Below, piece by piece: positions 1 through 11,972 of a DNA stretch of 64,000 nt. Source of the stretch: Proteromonas lacertae. Its lineage: Eukaryota. The stretch spans positions 1-64,000 of the forward strand of contig NGBS01000885.1 of assembly GCA_002245135.1 (NCBI GenBank). Direction: 5' to 3'. Position numbers and translations under genes: made by a program. Below the pieces are notes generated by a model. That model searched no databases and was not told the origin of the DNA. It saw only the letters and a program-made list of their open reading frames with translations. The stretch's first letter is position 1; every line of letters begins with the position of its first letter.

Positions 1-332
1 AGCTGCAGCGATAAATTTACAACCATCAGCTACAGAACCACCACCTACAGCTAATAAAAAGCATTTATCTACACCAATTTTTTTATTCTATTTACACATT
101 TCATTAAAGTGTCAAAGTCTGGATTTGCTTCGATTCCACCAAAATCTTCCACTGTTCTCTTTCCTAACGCTTTTTTAACTGCATCATATGTTCCAAATTT
201 TTTTATACTACCTCCACCATAACATAAGATAAAATGTTTATCTTCTGGTAAGTATTGAGGTAATTCTTTTATGGTGTCTTTACCAAACAGGATTCTAGTT
301 GTATTTTGGAAGTTGAAGTTACCGATTGGCAT
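1..332 (-). pseudogene. yqhD: YqhD-like copy, partial at window edge, with a 1-bp deletion near 80 (possible sequencing error)
   Basis: N-terminus identical to the intact copies; CCAATTTTTTTATT here versus CCAATTTCTTTTATT in intact copies. Confidence 0.8.
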
Positions 333-660
333 TTGGTTACTGATTAAAGACTAAAGAAAAATGAAAAGATTTTTAAAATGAAGTGTTTTTTGTAAAGTAA
401 TGTGTTTTTCAAGATTGTTTAAATGGTATATTTGTAACGAAATGGATAATTTAATGTTATTAATAAGATTTAAAAATGAAAAATATTAATGAATATAAAA
501 CATAAGTTCAAAAGTCATCAAATTTAAAGAATTTATAAAATTATTTAAACAATAATATGAAATTATTCTTAAAAAAGTAGATTTTACTCTTCTTATTTTA
601 TTTTATTTTATACATTAACAATAAAAATTAAGCAACATATAATTCAGTTAATTCAATATT

Positions 661-1834
661 TTAATAACAATTATTGTAAATTACTTCCATTTCATCACCA
701 CCAATATCTCCATGTTCACCAATTTCGTTCCTTCTTTTCGGAATCGATCACAAACTTCTTTTATCCAACTTTTATCTTGACTACATTTACATTCACTTAT
801 TCGAGTTGGAACTTTCATTATATCATGATAGAAATGTTCTATTGCTTTGATTGTCTCTCTCGCTGCACATAATTTATCACTATTCTTTATTCCAAATACA
901 GCTTCACCTAACATTGCTAACTTTTCTTTCTTTTGTTCAATCTTATATTCAAATAATCGAGGTTGAACAATTGCCAATGTTACACCATGATCTAATCCTA
1001 AATTCGCTGTTATTTCATGACCAATATAATGTGTTGACCAATCAACTGGCACACCTAATGGTAATAAACCATATAACGCTTGATTCGCTGCCCATTCTAC
1101 ATTCGCACGAGCTGTATAGTTTTCTCTTTCTTTCATTACTATTTCACCATTCTTTATTAAAGCTTTCATTAATCCTTCACAATATCGATCTTGACAATCA
1201 GCATCACATGGCCATGTCACATATTGTTCACAAACATGAACAAAGGCATCTACTACACATTCGCTGTTTGATTATCAGGTAAAGTATAAGATAAAACAGG
1301 ATCTAATACACTCACTACTGGCAATAATTCATGATGTTGAAGGGCTACTTTTCGATGTAGTTTTCGTCTAGATATTACACCTCCTTCATCACTTTCACTT
1401 CCAGTGGCTGGTAAAGTCAACACTACAGAGATTGGAACTGCTTTACTAATTGGAGCATGCTTCAATAATAAATCTTCCCAAGGATCACCTTCGAAATAAG
1501 AAGCTGCAGCGATAAATTTACAACCATCAGCTACAGAACCACCACCTACAGCTAATAAAAAGCATTTATCTACACCAATTTCTTTTATTCTATTTACACA
1601 TTTCATTAAAGTGTCAAAGTCTGGATTTGCTTCGATTCCACCAAAATCTTCCACTGTTCTCTTTCCTAACGCTTTTTTAACTGCATCATATGTTCCAAAT
1701 TTTTTTATACTACCTCCACCATAACATAAGATAAAATGTTTATCTTCTGGTAAGTATTGAGGTAATTCTTTTATGGTGTCTTTACCAAACAGGATTCTAG
1801 TTGTATTTTGGAAGTTGAAGTTACCGATTGGCAT
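661..1834 (-). pseudogene. yqhD: YqhD-like copy with two 1-bp deletions (near 720 and 1258); pseudogene or read error
   Basis: 1174 bp versus 1176 bp; a C is lost from a CCC and a CC run; split ORFs 1253..1834 and 681..1220. Confidence 0.85.
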
Positions 1835-2160
1835 TTGGTTACTGATTAAAGACTAAAGAAAAATGAAAAGATTTTTAAAATGAAGTGTTTTTTGTAAAGT
1901 AATGTGTTTTTCAAGATTGTTTAAATGGTATATTGTAACGAAATGGATAATTTAATGTTATTAATAAGATTTAAAAATGAAAAATATTAATGAATATAAA
2001 ACATAAGTTCAAAAGTCATCAAATTTAAAGAATTTATAAATTATTTAAACAATAATATGAAATTATTCTTAAAAAAGTAGATTTTACTCTTCTTATTTTA
2101 TTTTATTTTATACATTAACAATAAAAATTAAGCAACATATAATTCAGTTAATTCAATATT

Positions 2161-3336
2161 TTAATAACAATTATTGTAAATTACTTCCATTTCATCACCA
2201 CCAATATCTCCATGTTCACCCAATTTCGTTCCTTCTTTTCGGAATCGATCACAAACTTCTTTTATCCAACTTTTATCTTGACTACATTTACATTCACTTA
2301 TTCGAGTTGGAACTTTCATTATATCATGATAGAAATGTTCTATTGCTTTGATTGTCTCTCTCGCTGCACATAATTTATCACTATTCTTTATTCCAAATAC
2401 AGCTTCACCTAACATTGCTAACTTTTCTTTCTTTTGTTCAATCTTATATTCAAATAATCGAGGTTGAACAATTGCCAATGTTACACCATGATCTAATCCT
2501 AAATTCGCTGTTATTTCATGACCAATATAATGTGTTGACCAATCAACTGGCACACCTAATGGTAATAAACCATATAACGCTTGATTCGCTGCCCATTCTA
2601 CATTCGCACGAGCTGTATAGTTTTCTCTTTCTTTCATTACTATTTCACCATTCTTTATTAAAGCTTTCATTAATCCTTCACAATATCGATCTTGACAATC
2701 AGCATCACATGGCCATGTCACATATTGTTCACAAACATGAACAAAGGCATCTACTACACCATTCGCTGTTTGATTATCAGGTAAAGTATAAGATAAAACA
2801 GGATCTAATACACTCACTACTGGCAATAATTCATGATGTTGAAGGGCTACTTTTCGATGTAGTTTTCGTCTAGATATTACACCTCCTTCATCACTTTCAC
2901 TTCCAGTGGCTGGTAAAGTCAACACTACAGAGATTGGAACTGCTTTACTAATTGGAGCATGCTTCAATAATAAATCTTCCCAAGGATCACCTTCGAAATA
3001 AGAAGCTGCAGCGATAAATTTACAACCATCAGCTACAGAACCACCACCTACAGCTAATAAAAAGCATTTATCTACACCAATTTCTTTTATTCTATTTACA
3101 CATTTCATTAAAGTGTCAAAGTCTGGATTTGCTTCGATTCCACCAAAATCTTCCACTGTTCTCTTTCCTAACGCTTTTTTAACTGCATCATATGTTCCAA
3201 ATTTTTTTATACTACCTCCACCATAACATAAGATAAAATGTTTATCTTCTGGTAAGTATTGAGGTAATTCTTTTATGGTGTCTTTACCAAACAGGATTCT
3301 AGTTGTATTTTGGAAGTTGAAGTTACCGATTGGCAT
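2161..3336 (-). CDS. yqhD: NADPH-dependent aldehyde reductase / iron-type alcohol dehydrogenase, YqhD/BDH family, 391 aa, intronless
   Basis: TRILFGK, YGGGS (NADPH 2'-phosphate loop), GGIEANP, LLAVGGGSVADGCKFIAAA, LTLPATGSES, ANGVVDAFVH, DWSTHYIGHE, GLDH: collinear with E. coli YqhD, including the D/H/H/H metal ligands. Confidence 0.95.
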   Translation of the reverse strand: MPIGNFNFQNTTRILFGKDTIKELPQYLPEDKHFILCYGGGSIKKFGTYDAVKKALGKRTVEDFGGIEANPDFDTLMKCVNRIKEIGVDKCFLLAVGGGSVADGCKFIAAASYFEGDPWEDLLLKHAPISKAVPISVVLTLPATGSESDEGGVISRRKLHRKVALQHHELLPVVSVLDPVLSYTLPDNQTANGVVDAFVHVCEQYVTWPCDADCQDRYCEGLMKALIKNGEIVMKERENYTARANVEWAANQALYGLLPLGVPVDWSTHYIGHEITANLGLDHGVTLAIVQPRLFEYKIEQKKEKLAMLGEAVFGIKNSDKLCAARETIKAIEHFYHDIMKVPTRISECKCSQDKSWIKEVCDRFRKEGTKLGEHGDIGGDEMEVIYNNCY

Positions 3337-3664
3337 TTGGTTACTGATTAAAGACTAAAGAAAAATGAAAAGATTTTTAAAATGAAGTGTTTTTTGTAAA
3401 GTAATGTGTTTTTCAAGATTGTTTAAATGGTATATTTGTAACGAAATGGATAATTTAATGTTATTAATAAGATTTAAAAATGAAAAATATTAATGAATAT
3501 AAAACATAAGTTCAAAAGTCATCAAATTTAAAGAATTTATAAAATTATTTAAACAATAATATGAAATTATTCTTAAAAAAGTAGATTTTACTCTTCTTAT
3601 TTTATTTTATTTTATACATTAACAATAAAAATTAAGCAACATATAATTCAGTTAATTCAATATT

Positions 3665-4840
3665 TTAATAACAATTATTGTAAATTACTTCCATTTCATC
3701 ACCACCAATATCTCCATGTTCACCCAATTTCGTTCCTTCTTTTCGGAATCGATCACAAACTTCTTTTATCCAACTTTTATCTTGACTACATTTACATTCA
3801 CTTATTCGAGTTGGAACTTTCATTATATCATGATAGAAATGTTCTATTGCTTTGATTGTCTCTCTCGCTGCACATAATTTATCACTATTCTTTATTCCAA
3901 ATACAGCTTCACCTAACATTGCTAACTTTTCTTTCTTTTGTTCAATCTTATATTCAAATAATCGAGGTTGAACAATTGCCAATGTTACACCATGATCTAA
4001 TCCTAAATTCGCTGTTATTTCATGACCAATATAATGTGTTGACCAATCAACTGGCACACCTAATGGTAATAAACCATATAACGCTTGATTCGCTGCCCAT
4101 TCTACATTCGCACGAGCTGTATAGTTTTCTCTTTCTTTCATTACTATTTCACCATTCTTTATTAAAGCTTTCATTAATCCTTCACAATATCGATCTTGAC
4201 AATCAGCATCACATGGCCATGTCACATATTGTTCACAAACATGAACAAAGGCATCTACTACACCATTCGCTGTTTGATTATCAGGTAAAGTATAAGATAA
4301 AACAGGATCTAATACACTCACTACTGGCAATAATTCATGATGTTGAAGGGCTACTTTTCGATGTAGTTTTCGTCTAGATATTACACCTCCTTCATCACTT
4401 TCACTTCCAGTGGCTGGTAAAGTCAACACTACAGAGATTGGAACTGCTTTACTAATTGGAGCATGCTTCAATAATAAATCTTCCCAAGGATCACCTTCGA
4501 AATAAGAAGCTGCAGCGATAAATTTACAACCATCAGCTACAGAACCACCACCTACAGCTAATAAAAAGCATTTATCTACACCAATTTCTTTTATTCTATT
4601 TACACATTTCATTAAAGTGTCAAAGTCTGGATTTGCTTCGATTCCACCAAAATCTTCCACTGTTCTCTTTCCTAACGCTTTTTTAACTGCATCATATGTT
4701 CCAAATTTTTTTATACTACCTCCACCATAACATAAGATAAAATGTTTATCTTCTGGTAAGTATTGAGGTAATTCTTTTATGGTGTCTTTACCAAACAGGA
4801 TTCTAGTTGTATTTTGGAAGTTGAAGTTACCGATTGGCAT
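3665..4840 (-). CDS. yqhD: YqhD-like aldehyde reductase, tandem copy
   Basis: 391-aa translation identical to 2161..3336. Confidence 0.95.
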   Translation of the reverse strand: MPIGNFNFQNTTRILFGKDTIKELPQYLPEDKHFILCYGGGSIKKFGTYDAVKKALGKRTVEDFGGIEANPDFDTLMKCVNRIKEIGVDKCFLLAVGGGSVADGCKFIAAASYFEGDPWEDLLLKHAPISKAVPISVVLTLPATGSESDEGGVISRRKLHRKVALQHHELLPVVSVLDPVLSYTLPDNQTANGVVDAFVHVCEQYVTWPCDADCQDRYCEGLMKALIKNGEIVMKERENYTARANVEWAANQALYGLLPLGVPVDWSTHYIGHEITANLGLDHGVTLAIVQPRLFEYKIEQKKEKLAMLGEAVFGIKNSDKLCAARETIKAIEHFYHDIMKVPTRISECKCSQDKSWIKEVCDRFRKEGTKLGEHGDIGGDEMEVIYNNCY

Positions 4841-5168
4841 TTGGTTACTGATTAAAGACTAAAGAAAAATGAAAAGATTTTTAAAATGAAGTGTTTTTTG
4901 TAAAGTAATGTGTTTTTCAAGATTGTTTAAATGGTATATTTGTAACGAAATGGATAATTTAATGTTATTAATAAGATTTAAAAATGAAAAATATTAATGA
5001 ATATAAAACATAAGTTCAAAAGTCATCAAATTTAAAGAATTTATAAAATTATTTAAACAATAATATGAAATTATTCTTAAAAAAGTAGATTTTACTCTTC
5101 TTATTTTATTTTATTTTATACATTAACAATAAAAATTAAGCAACATATAATTCAGTTAATTCAATATT

Positions 5169-6344
5169 TTAATAACAATTATTGTAAATTACTTCCATTT
5201 CATCACCACCAATATCTCCATGTTCACCCAATTTCGTTCCTTCTTTTCGGAATCGATCACAAACTTCTTTTATCCAACTTTTATCTTGACTACATTTACA
5301 TTCACTTATTCGAGTTGGAACTTTCATTATATCATGATAGAAATGTTCTATTGCTTTGATTGTCTCTCTCGCTGCACATAATTTATCACTATTCTTTATT
5401 CCAAATACAGCTTCACCTAACATTGCTAACTTTTCTTTCTTTTGTTCAATCTTATATTCAAATAATCGAGGTTGAACAATTGCCAATGTTACACCATGAT
5501 CTAATCCTAAATTCGCTGTTATTTCATGACCAATATAATGTGTTGACCAATCAACTGGCACACCTAATGGTAATAAACCATATAACGCTTGATTCGCTGC
5601 CCATTCTACATTCGCACGAGCTGTATAGTTTTCTCTTTCTTTCATTACTATTTCACCATTCTTTATTAAAGCTTTCATTAATCCTTCACAATATCGATCT
5701 TGACAATCAGCATCACATGGCCATGTCACATATTGTTCACAAACATGAACAAAGGCATCTACTACACCATTCGCTGTTTGATTATCAGGTAAAGTATAAG
5801 ATAAAACAGGATCTAATACACTCACTACTGGCAATAATTCATGATGTTGAAGGGCTACTTTTCGATGTAGTTTTCGTCTAGATATTACACCTCCTTCATC
5901 ACTTTCACTTCCAGTGGCTGGTAAAGTCAACACTACAGAGATTGGAACTGCTTTACTAATTGGAGCATGCTTCAATAATAAATCTTCCCAAGGATCACCT
6001 TCGAAATAAGAAGCTGCAGCGATAAATTTACAACCATCAGCTACAGAACCACCACCTACAGCTAATAAAAAGCATTTATCTACACCAATTTCTTTTATTC
6101 TATTTACACATTTCATTAAAGTGTCAAAGTCTGGATTTGCTTCGATTCCACCAAAATCTTCCACTGTTCTCTTTCCTAACGCTTTTTTAACTGCATCATA
6201 TGTTCCAAATTTTTTTATACTACCTCCACCATAACATAAGATAAAATGTTTATCTTCTGGTAAGTATTGAGGTAATTCTTTTATGGTGTCTTTACCAAAC
6301 AGGATTCTAGTTGTATTTTGGAAGTTGAAGTTACCGATTGGCAT
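5169..6344 (-). CDS. yqhD: YqhD-like aldehyde reductase, tandem copy
   Basis: Identical 391-aa translation. Confidence 0.95.
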   Translation of the reverse strand: MPIGNFNFQNTTRILFGKDTIKELPQYLPEDKHFILCYGGGSIKKFGTYDAVKKALGKRTVEDFGGIEANPDFDTLMKCVNRIKEIGVDKCFLLAVGGGSVADGCKFIAAASYFEGDPWEDLLLKHAPISKAVPISVVLTLPATGSESDEGGVISRRKLHRKVALQHHELLPVVSVLDPVLSYTLPDNQTANGVVDAFVHVCEQYVTWPCDADCQDRYCEGLMKALIKNGEIVMKERENYTARANVEWAANQALYGLLPLGVPVDWSTHYIGHEITANLGLDHGVTLAIVQPRLFEYKIEQKKEKLAMLGEAVFGIKNSDKLCAARETIKAIEHFYHDIMKVPTRISECKCSQDKSWIKEVCDRFRKEGTKLGEHGDIGGDEMEVIYNNCY

Positions 6345-6672
6345 TTGGTTACTGATTAAAGACTAAAGAAAAATGAAAAGATTTTTAAAATGAAGTGTTT
6401 TTTGTAAAGTAATGTGTTTTTCAAGATTGTTTAAATGGTATATTTGTAACGAAATGGATAATTTAATGTTATTAATAAGATTTAAAAATGAAAAATATTA
6501 ATGAATATAAAACATAAGTTCAAAAGTCATCAAATTTAAAGAATTTATAAAATTATTTAAACAATAATATGAAATTATTCTTAAAAAAGTAGATTTTACT
6601 CTTCTTATTTTATTTTATTTTATACATTAACAATAAAAATTAAGCAACATATAATTCAGTTAATTCAATATT

Positions 6673-7848
6673 TTAATAACAATTATTGTAAATTACTTCC
6701 ATTTCATCACCACCAATATCTCCATGTTCACCCAATTTCGTTCCTTCTTTTCGGAATCGATCACAAACTTCTTTTATCCAACTTTTATCTTGACTACATT
6801 TACATTCACTTATTCGAGTTGGAACTTTCATTATATCATGATAGAAATGTTCTATTGCTTTGATTGTCTCTCTCGCTGCACATAATTTATCACTATTCTT
6901 TATTCCAAATACAGCTTCACCTAACATTGCTAACTTTTCTTTCTTTTGTTCAATCTTATATTCAAATAATCGAGGTTGAACAATTGCCAATGTTACACCA
7001 TGATCTAATCCTAAATTCGCTGTTATTTCATGACCAATATAATGTGTTGACCAATCAACTGGCACACCTAATGGTAATAAACCATATAACGCTTGATTCG
7101 CTGCCCATTCTACATTCGCACGAGCTGTATAGTTTTCTCTTTCTTTCATTACTATTTCACCATTCTTTATTAAAGCTTTCATTAATCCTTCACAATATCG
7201 ATCTTGACAATCAGCATCACATGGCCATGTCACATATTGTTCACAAACATGAACAAAGGCATCTACTACACCATTCGCTGTTTGATTATCAGGTAAAGTA
7301 TAAGATAAAACAGGATCTAATACACTCACTACTGGCAATAATTCATGATGTTGAAGGGCTACTTTTCGATGTAGTTTTCGTCTAGATATTACACCTCCTT
7401 CATCACTTTCACTTCCAGTGGCTGGTAAAGTCAACACTACAGAGATTGGAACTGCTTTACTAATTGGAGCATGCTTCAATAATAAATCTTCCCAAGGATC
7501 ACCTTCGAAATAAGAAGCTGCAGCGATAAATTTACAACCATCAGCTACAGAACCACCACCTACAGCTAATAAAAAGCATTTATCTACACCAATTTCTTTT
7601 ATTCTATTTACACATTTCATTAAAGTGTCAAAGTCTGGATTTGCTTCGATTCCACCAAAATCTTCCACTGTTCTCTTTCCTAACGCTTTTTTAACTGCAT
7701 CATATGTTCCAAATTTTTTTATACTACCTCCACCATAACATAAGATAAAATGTTTATCTTCTGGTAAGTATTGAGGTAATTCTTTTATGGTGTCTTTACC
7801 AAACAGGATTCTAGTTGTATTTTGGAAGTTGAAGTTACCGATTGGCAT
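6673..7848 (-). CDS. yqhD: YqhD-like aldehyde reductase, terminal tandem copy
   Basis: Identical 391-aa translation. Confidence 0.95.
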   Translation of the reverse strand: MPIGNFNFQNTTRILFGKDTIKELPQYLPEDKHFILCYGGGSIKKFGTYDAVKKALGKRTVEDFGGIEANPDFDTLMKCVNRIKEIGVDKCFLLAVGGGSVADGCKFIAAASYFEGDPWEDLLLKHAPISKAVPISVVLTLPATGSESDEGGVISRRKLHRKVALQHHELLPVVSVLDPVLSYTLPDNQTANGVVDAFVHVCEQYVTWPCDADCQDRYCEGLMKALIKNGEIVMKERENYTARANVEWAANQALYGLLPLGVPVDWSTHYIGHEITANLGLDHGVTLAIVQPRLFEYKIEQKKEKLAMLGEAVFGIKNSDKLCAARETIKAIEHFYHDIMKVPTRISECKCSQDKSWIKEVCDRFRKEGTKLGEHGDIGGDEMEVIYNNCY

Positions 7849-8105
7849 TTGGTTACTGATTAAAGACTAAAGAAAAATGAAAAGATTTTTAAAATGAAGT
7901 GTTTTTTGTAAAGTAATGTGTTTTTCAAGATTGTTTAAATGGTATATTTGTAACGAAATGGATAATTTAATGTTATTAATAAGATTTAAAAATGAAAAAT
8001 ATTAATGAATATAAAACATAAGTTCAAAAAGTTATTAAATCCCAAACAAACAACATATAAATTGGTACCAAACGTGTTATACCATTCAAATATTATATAT
8101 ATAGT

Positions 8106-9935
8106 TTAATCTGAATCAGAACTTGAACCTGAACTTGAGTCACTCTCAGATTCACTGGATGAAGATGATTGCTTCTTCTTTCCTTTGCCTTTTCCTTTCT
8201 TCGCTGGTTTAGATGATCCTTTCTTTGGTTTCTTTGCTCTTTCCTTTTCTCTCTCTTTTTCACGTTCTTTTCGTTCTTTTTCTCGTTGTGCTAATTTTTC
8301 TTTTCTTAACTTTTCCTTCTTCTTTTCTCTCTTTTCTCTTCGCTTTCTATCTTCTTCTTTCCCTACTTCTTCTTCAGGTATTGTAATTACTTCACCAGCT
8401 TTAGTTGCATATTCTTCAGATACAGCTCCTACATCAACCTTATCAATATCAGGCTTGAGTTCTTCAAACACTTGATTAAATTTTGCATTATAATCCATTT
8501 GTACAGCTACGAAGTTAAGAATTGTCTTTCTAAACTTTACCAATCTATCACTATTGAATCTCTTTAATTCTTCCTTTACTATGTTAGTAATACCTTCAAT
8601 AGATTTAATTGCTTTTTGTACTTCCTTCTTACATCGTTTGATTTCACGATCTGATTCTCTCTTCTTACTAGATGGAGCACCAGCTGCTAATAACTTAGCA
8701 TGGTTCACTTTGGCTTTGTGTAATTCTTCTCGAGATTGTTCGATGACTTGAGCTTTATCTTCTCTTTGTTTGATTGACTTCAAAGCAGCACCACACCACA
8801 TGACATACTCTTTAAATGGCTCTAAGAATAAGACCTTTTCTTTAACAGCTCTTTCACGTTGTAAATCAGCAACTTTTCTTAAGGATTTACCTAATTTATG
8901 GAAGATTATACCAAACTTTTCATCTTCAATTTGTGATAATGCTTTGAAATCTTCAGCATAAGCTGCATAGGACATATATAACTCTTTTTGTCTTGAATTC
9001 ATTACTTCAATAGCTTTATGAACATCAGATATTTGCATAGCAGCTGTATTGATTTGTTCAACTATGGATAAGAATTCCATATCATCTTCTGTAGCACTAC
9101 TATCACTACGATTGGTTTGATTTTGTACCATTTGTACAGCTTGTTTTGTAACTGTCTTTAATCCTTTTCCAATTAATGACATTACCTTCATAGCACCATC
9201 AGCATCTAACTTTATCTTAGACTTATCTCTTTCACGACCAAATGCTGAATCACTAGCTGTTAAAAAGAATGCCAATTTCTTTGATTTTCTTAAGACATAG
9301 TGATTAGCTATGTTGTTCAAAAAGGATTCTAAACCTCTTCTACGACTTTCTACGAATTGTGGACTGAATCTTCCAATTGCCATCTTTTCTGGCATTGGTG
9401 GTACAATATAACCATAATCTTCTTTTAATAGTACTTCGTATAACCATACGAAATCACTGTACCTTCTTACTACTGAAGATGTTCCATATTGGTAGTTTGG
9501 AAGGTTTGTCTTGGTGTTGACTTTGTAGGTTACATAGGCTTTTACACCATCACCTTGCTTGGTTGGTTCTGTTACAGTAATATTCAAATAGTGTTCAGTA
9601 TCAACTACATAAGGTTCTGGGCCTTTTGTAACATCAGTTCCTTCATCGTCACTTCCTCCATTGTCATCACTTCCACTATCTTCTTCTTCTTCTGAAGAAG
9701 AACTGGCTTTCTTGTGATGAGATTTCTTAGACTTCTTTTCTGGCTATTAAATAATAATGAATGGTTTTTAAATACCTTCTTGTGAGACTTCTTGTGGGAC
9801 TTTTTCTTCTTGTCTTCTTCTGAAGAATCATCTAAATATAATAAGCATAAAAATTCGTATAATCATACCATCACTATCTTCAGAATCAGAACGACGTTTT
9901 CTATCATCATCACTATCATCAGAACTTGAACTCAT
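8106..9935 (-). CDS. PX-BAR sorting nexin (SNX1/2/Vps5-like); two short 5' introns; charged N- and C-terminal tails
   Basis: PX motifs YVTYKV, VVRRYSDFVWL, PPMPEK, FVESRRRGLESFL, followed by a helical BAR region. ATG at 9935; GT-AG introns of 37 and 32 nt near 9832-9868 and 9744-9775. Confidence 0.9.
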
Positions 9936-10073
9936 GAGGATTTTTGCTTTTTTTATAACTCAAAAGATATTATCCTATAATTAACTATTAATTACCTTTA
10001 TTTTATGCCTCACTCAGCACAATACAATTAATACAATGTAATTCTGTATTGTATTTTTGTTTTTTTCAATTAA

Positions 10074-11767
10074 ATGACTTTAGAGGTATTTTTAAATTGT
10101 GATTTTATTTTTAAAATAGGTTGAATCAACTGATGTTATCAAATTGATACTTCAATATTTGAAAGAAAACAATCTAAATGAATCTTTTCAAGTACTAAGC
10201 AAAGAAACAAAGTATTTAGTTGTATTAATTATTATTAATAGTGTTTCAATGAACACAGTTCCAGACCATACAATTTTTCTATCGAACATCACAAAAGGAA
10301 GGTGGAATTTAGTTTTAGAGCAAATATCAAAAATGTATATACCTAAAGAAAAACTAATTTTTCTCTATGAACAAATAATATATGAAATGGTAGAATTAAG
10401 AGAAATAGACACAGCAAAAGAATTATTTTCTACACCAATAATGAAAGAACTATTAGATACAGATCAACCACGTTACTTTCACATAAATGAAATAATAGAA
10501 AATCCATTTTTTGACTCAGCAAAAGTATATGAAGGAACATCCAAAGCAAAGCGAAGAACAACAATAATAAACTTACTATCCAATGAAATATCCAGTGAAC
10601 CACCCAATAGATTAATGACAATAATAGGAGAATCATTAAAGTGGAGAAAATCAAATGGAAATTTACCTCCTAATGGTCCTTATAATTTGTTTGAAGGAAA
10701 TACAAAACAAATGACAGCTGAAGATGAAAGAATACCAAAAAGAAATGTATAAAATATAATAATATAAAATTATTTATTATTATTATATATTTATAGACAG
10801 CTTGTATTAAAGTATTACCCGAAAACCGATTTGAATGTTGCATATTCTCACCAGATGGTCAATATCTAATAACAGGAAGTAAAGATGGATTTATTGAAGT
10901 ATGGGATTATGAAACTTGCACTTTAAATACATCCTTAGAATATCAAAAGAATGATAAATTAATGAAACATGATACAACTATTTTATGTCTTTGTTATTCA
11001 AAAGATAATAAATATTTAGGTTCTGGTAGTAATGATGGTGCTTTAAAGATATGGGAAGTAAGTACAGGAAAGTGTATGAGAAAAATATTAGCCGCTCATT
11101 CTCAAGGTATAACAAGTGTTTCATTTTCAAAAGATAATTGGCAATTATTAACATCATCTTATGATACAACTGTTAGAATACATGGATTAAAATCAGGTAA
11201 AATGTTGAAAGAATTTAGAGGTCATAATTCCTATGTAAATCATGTAATTTATACGAATGATAATAAACAGATATTAAGTTGTTCGAGTGATAGTATAGTC
11301 AAAGTGTGGAATACACATACTACTGAATGTCTTTATACTTTTAGACCGATTAGTTATAATGCAGTAGCTGATACAAAAGTTAATTGCATATATCAGTTAC
11401 CTCAGAATAATAATGAATTTATTGTATGTAATAGAACAAATAATTTAGAAATATGTCGAATTAATGGTGATATTATTAGATCTATAAATAATAAAAGAGA
11501 AGAAGATAGTAAAGAAAAAACTGATTTTATAAATTGTATTATTTCACCTAAAGGTAGGTTTGTCTATTGTGTTGGTGAAAATAATCATTTGTATAGTTTT
11601 GATTATCGTTCTGGAGATTTAGAGAGTGAAATTGAAGTATTAATTAATCATTATATTATGTATAGCTTGATGAAAGTGGAGTATTGGGAATAACACATCA
11701 TCCAAATAAAAATATATTTGTTTCGTTTAGTGAGAATGGTATATTGAAGATATGGAAGGATAAATAA
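10074..11767 (+). CDS. SMU1: WD40 repeat splicing factor SMU1 (LisH-CTLH-WD40), multi-exon
   Basis: Spliced N-terminus MTLEVESTDVIKLILQYLKENNL; LYEQIIYEMVELRE; HGLKSGKMLKEFRGHNSYVN; ends LKIWKDK-stop at 11767. Confidence 0.93.
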
Positions 11768-11852
11768 AGAATAATGTGTTTTATTTTTTAATTCCATTTT
11801 TTTGTGTATTTAAATATAAATATATATTTAAATTATTATGAAGCAAAAAATA

Positions 11853-11894
11853 TCGTTACAAATATACCATTTCAAAAAATAAACAATCTTGAAA
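11853..11894 (+). promoter_or_regulatory. Conserved upstream blocks of the YqhD genes (TCGTTACAAATATACCATTT and TAAACAATCTTGAAA)
   Basis: The same two blocks lie on the - strand upstream of each tandem copy (e.g. 7923-7956), while neighbouring upstream sequence has diverged. Confidence 0.55.
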
Positions 11895-11972
11895 CACAAG
11901 TTTACAAATTTGAATTAATTTCTATTGGTCAATTATCAATTCAAAAATCTTTCTATATTCACTCACTAACAA

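Larger units (their letters stand above)
1..8030. repeat. Tandem array of ~1504-bp units, each with one YqhD-like gene plus ~328-bp spacer (at least 5.3 units; continues off the window start)
   Basis: Start codons at 3336, 4840, 6344 and 7848 are exactly 1504 bp apart; 332 to 1834 and 1834 to 3336 are 1502 because of 1-bp deletions. Spacers are near-identical. The array ends near 8030, where AAGTTCAAAAGTCATCAAAT becomes AAGTTCAAAAAGTTATTAAAT. Confidence 0.97.

Noticed and set aside
2352..2873. Repeated 173-aa ORF antisense to each YqhD copy
   Set aside because: Shadow of the YqhD reading frame; it recurs only because the DNA is duplicated and has no motifs.
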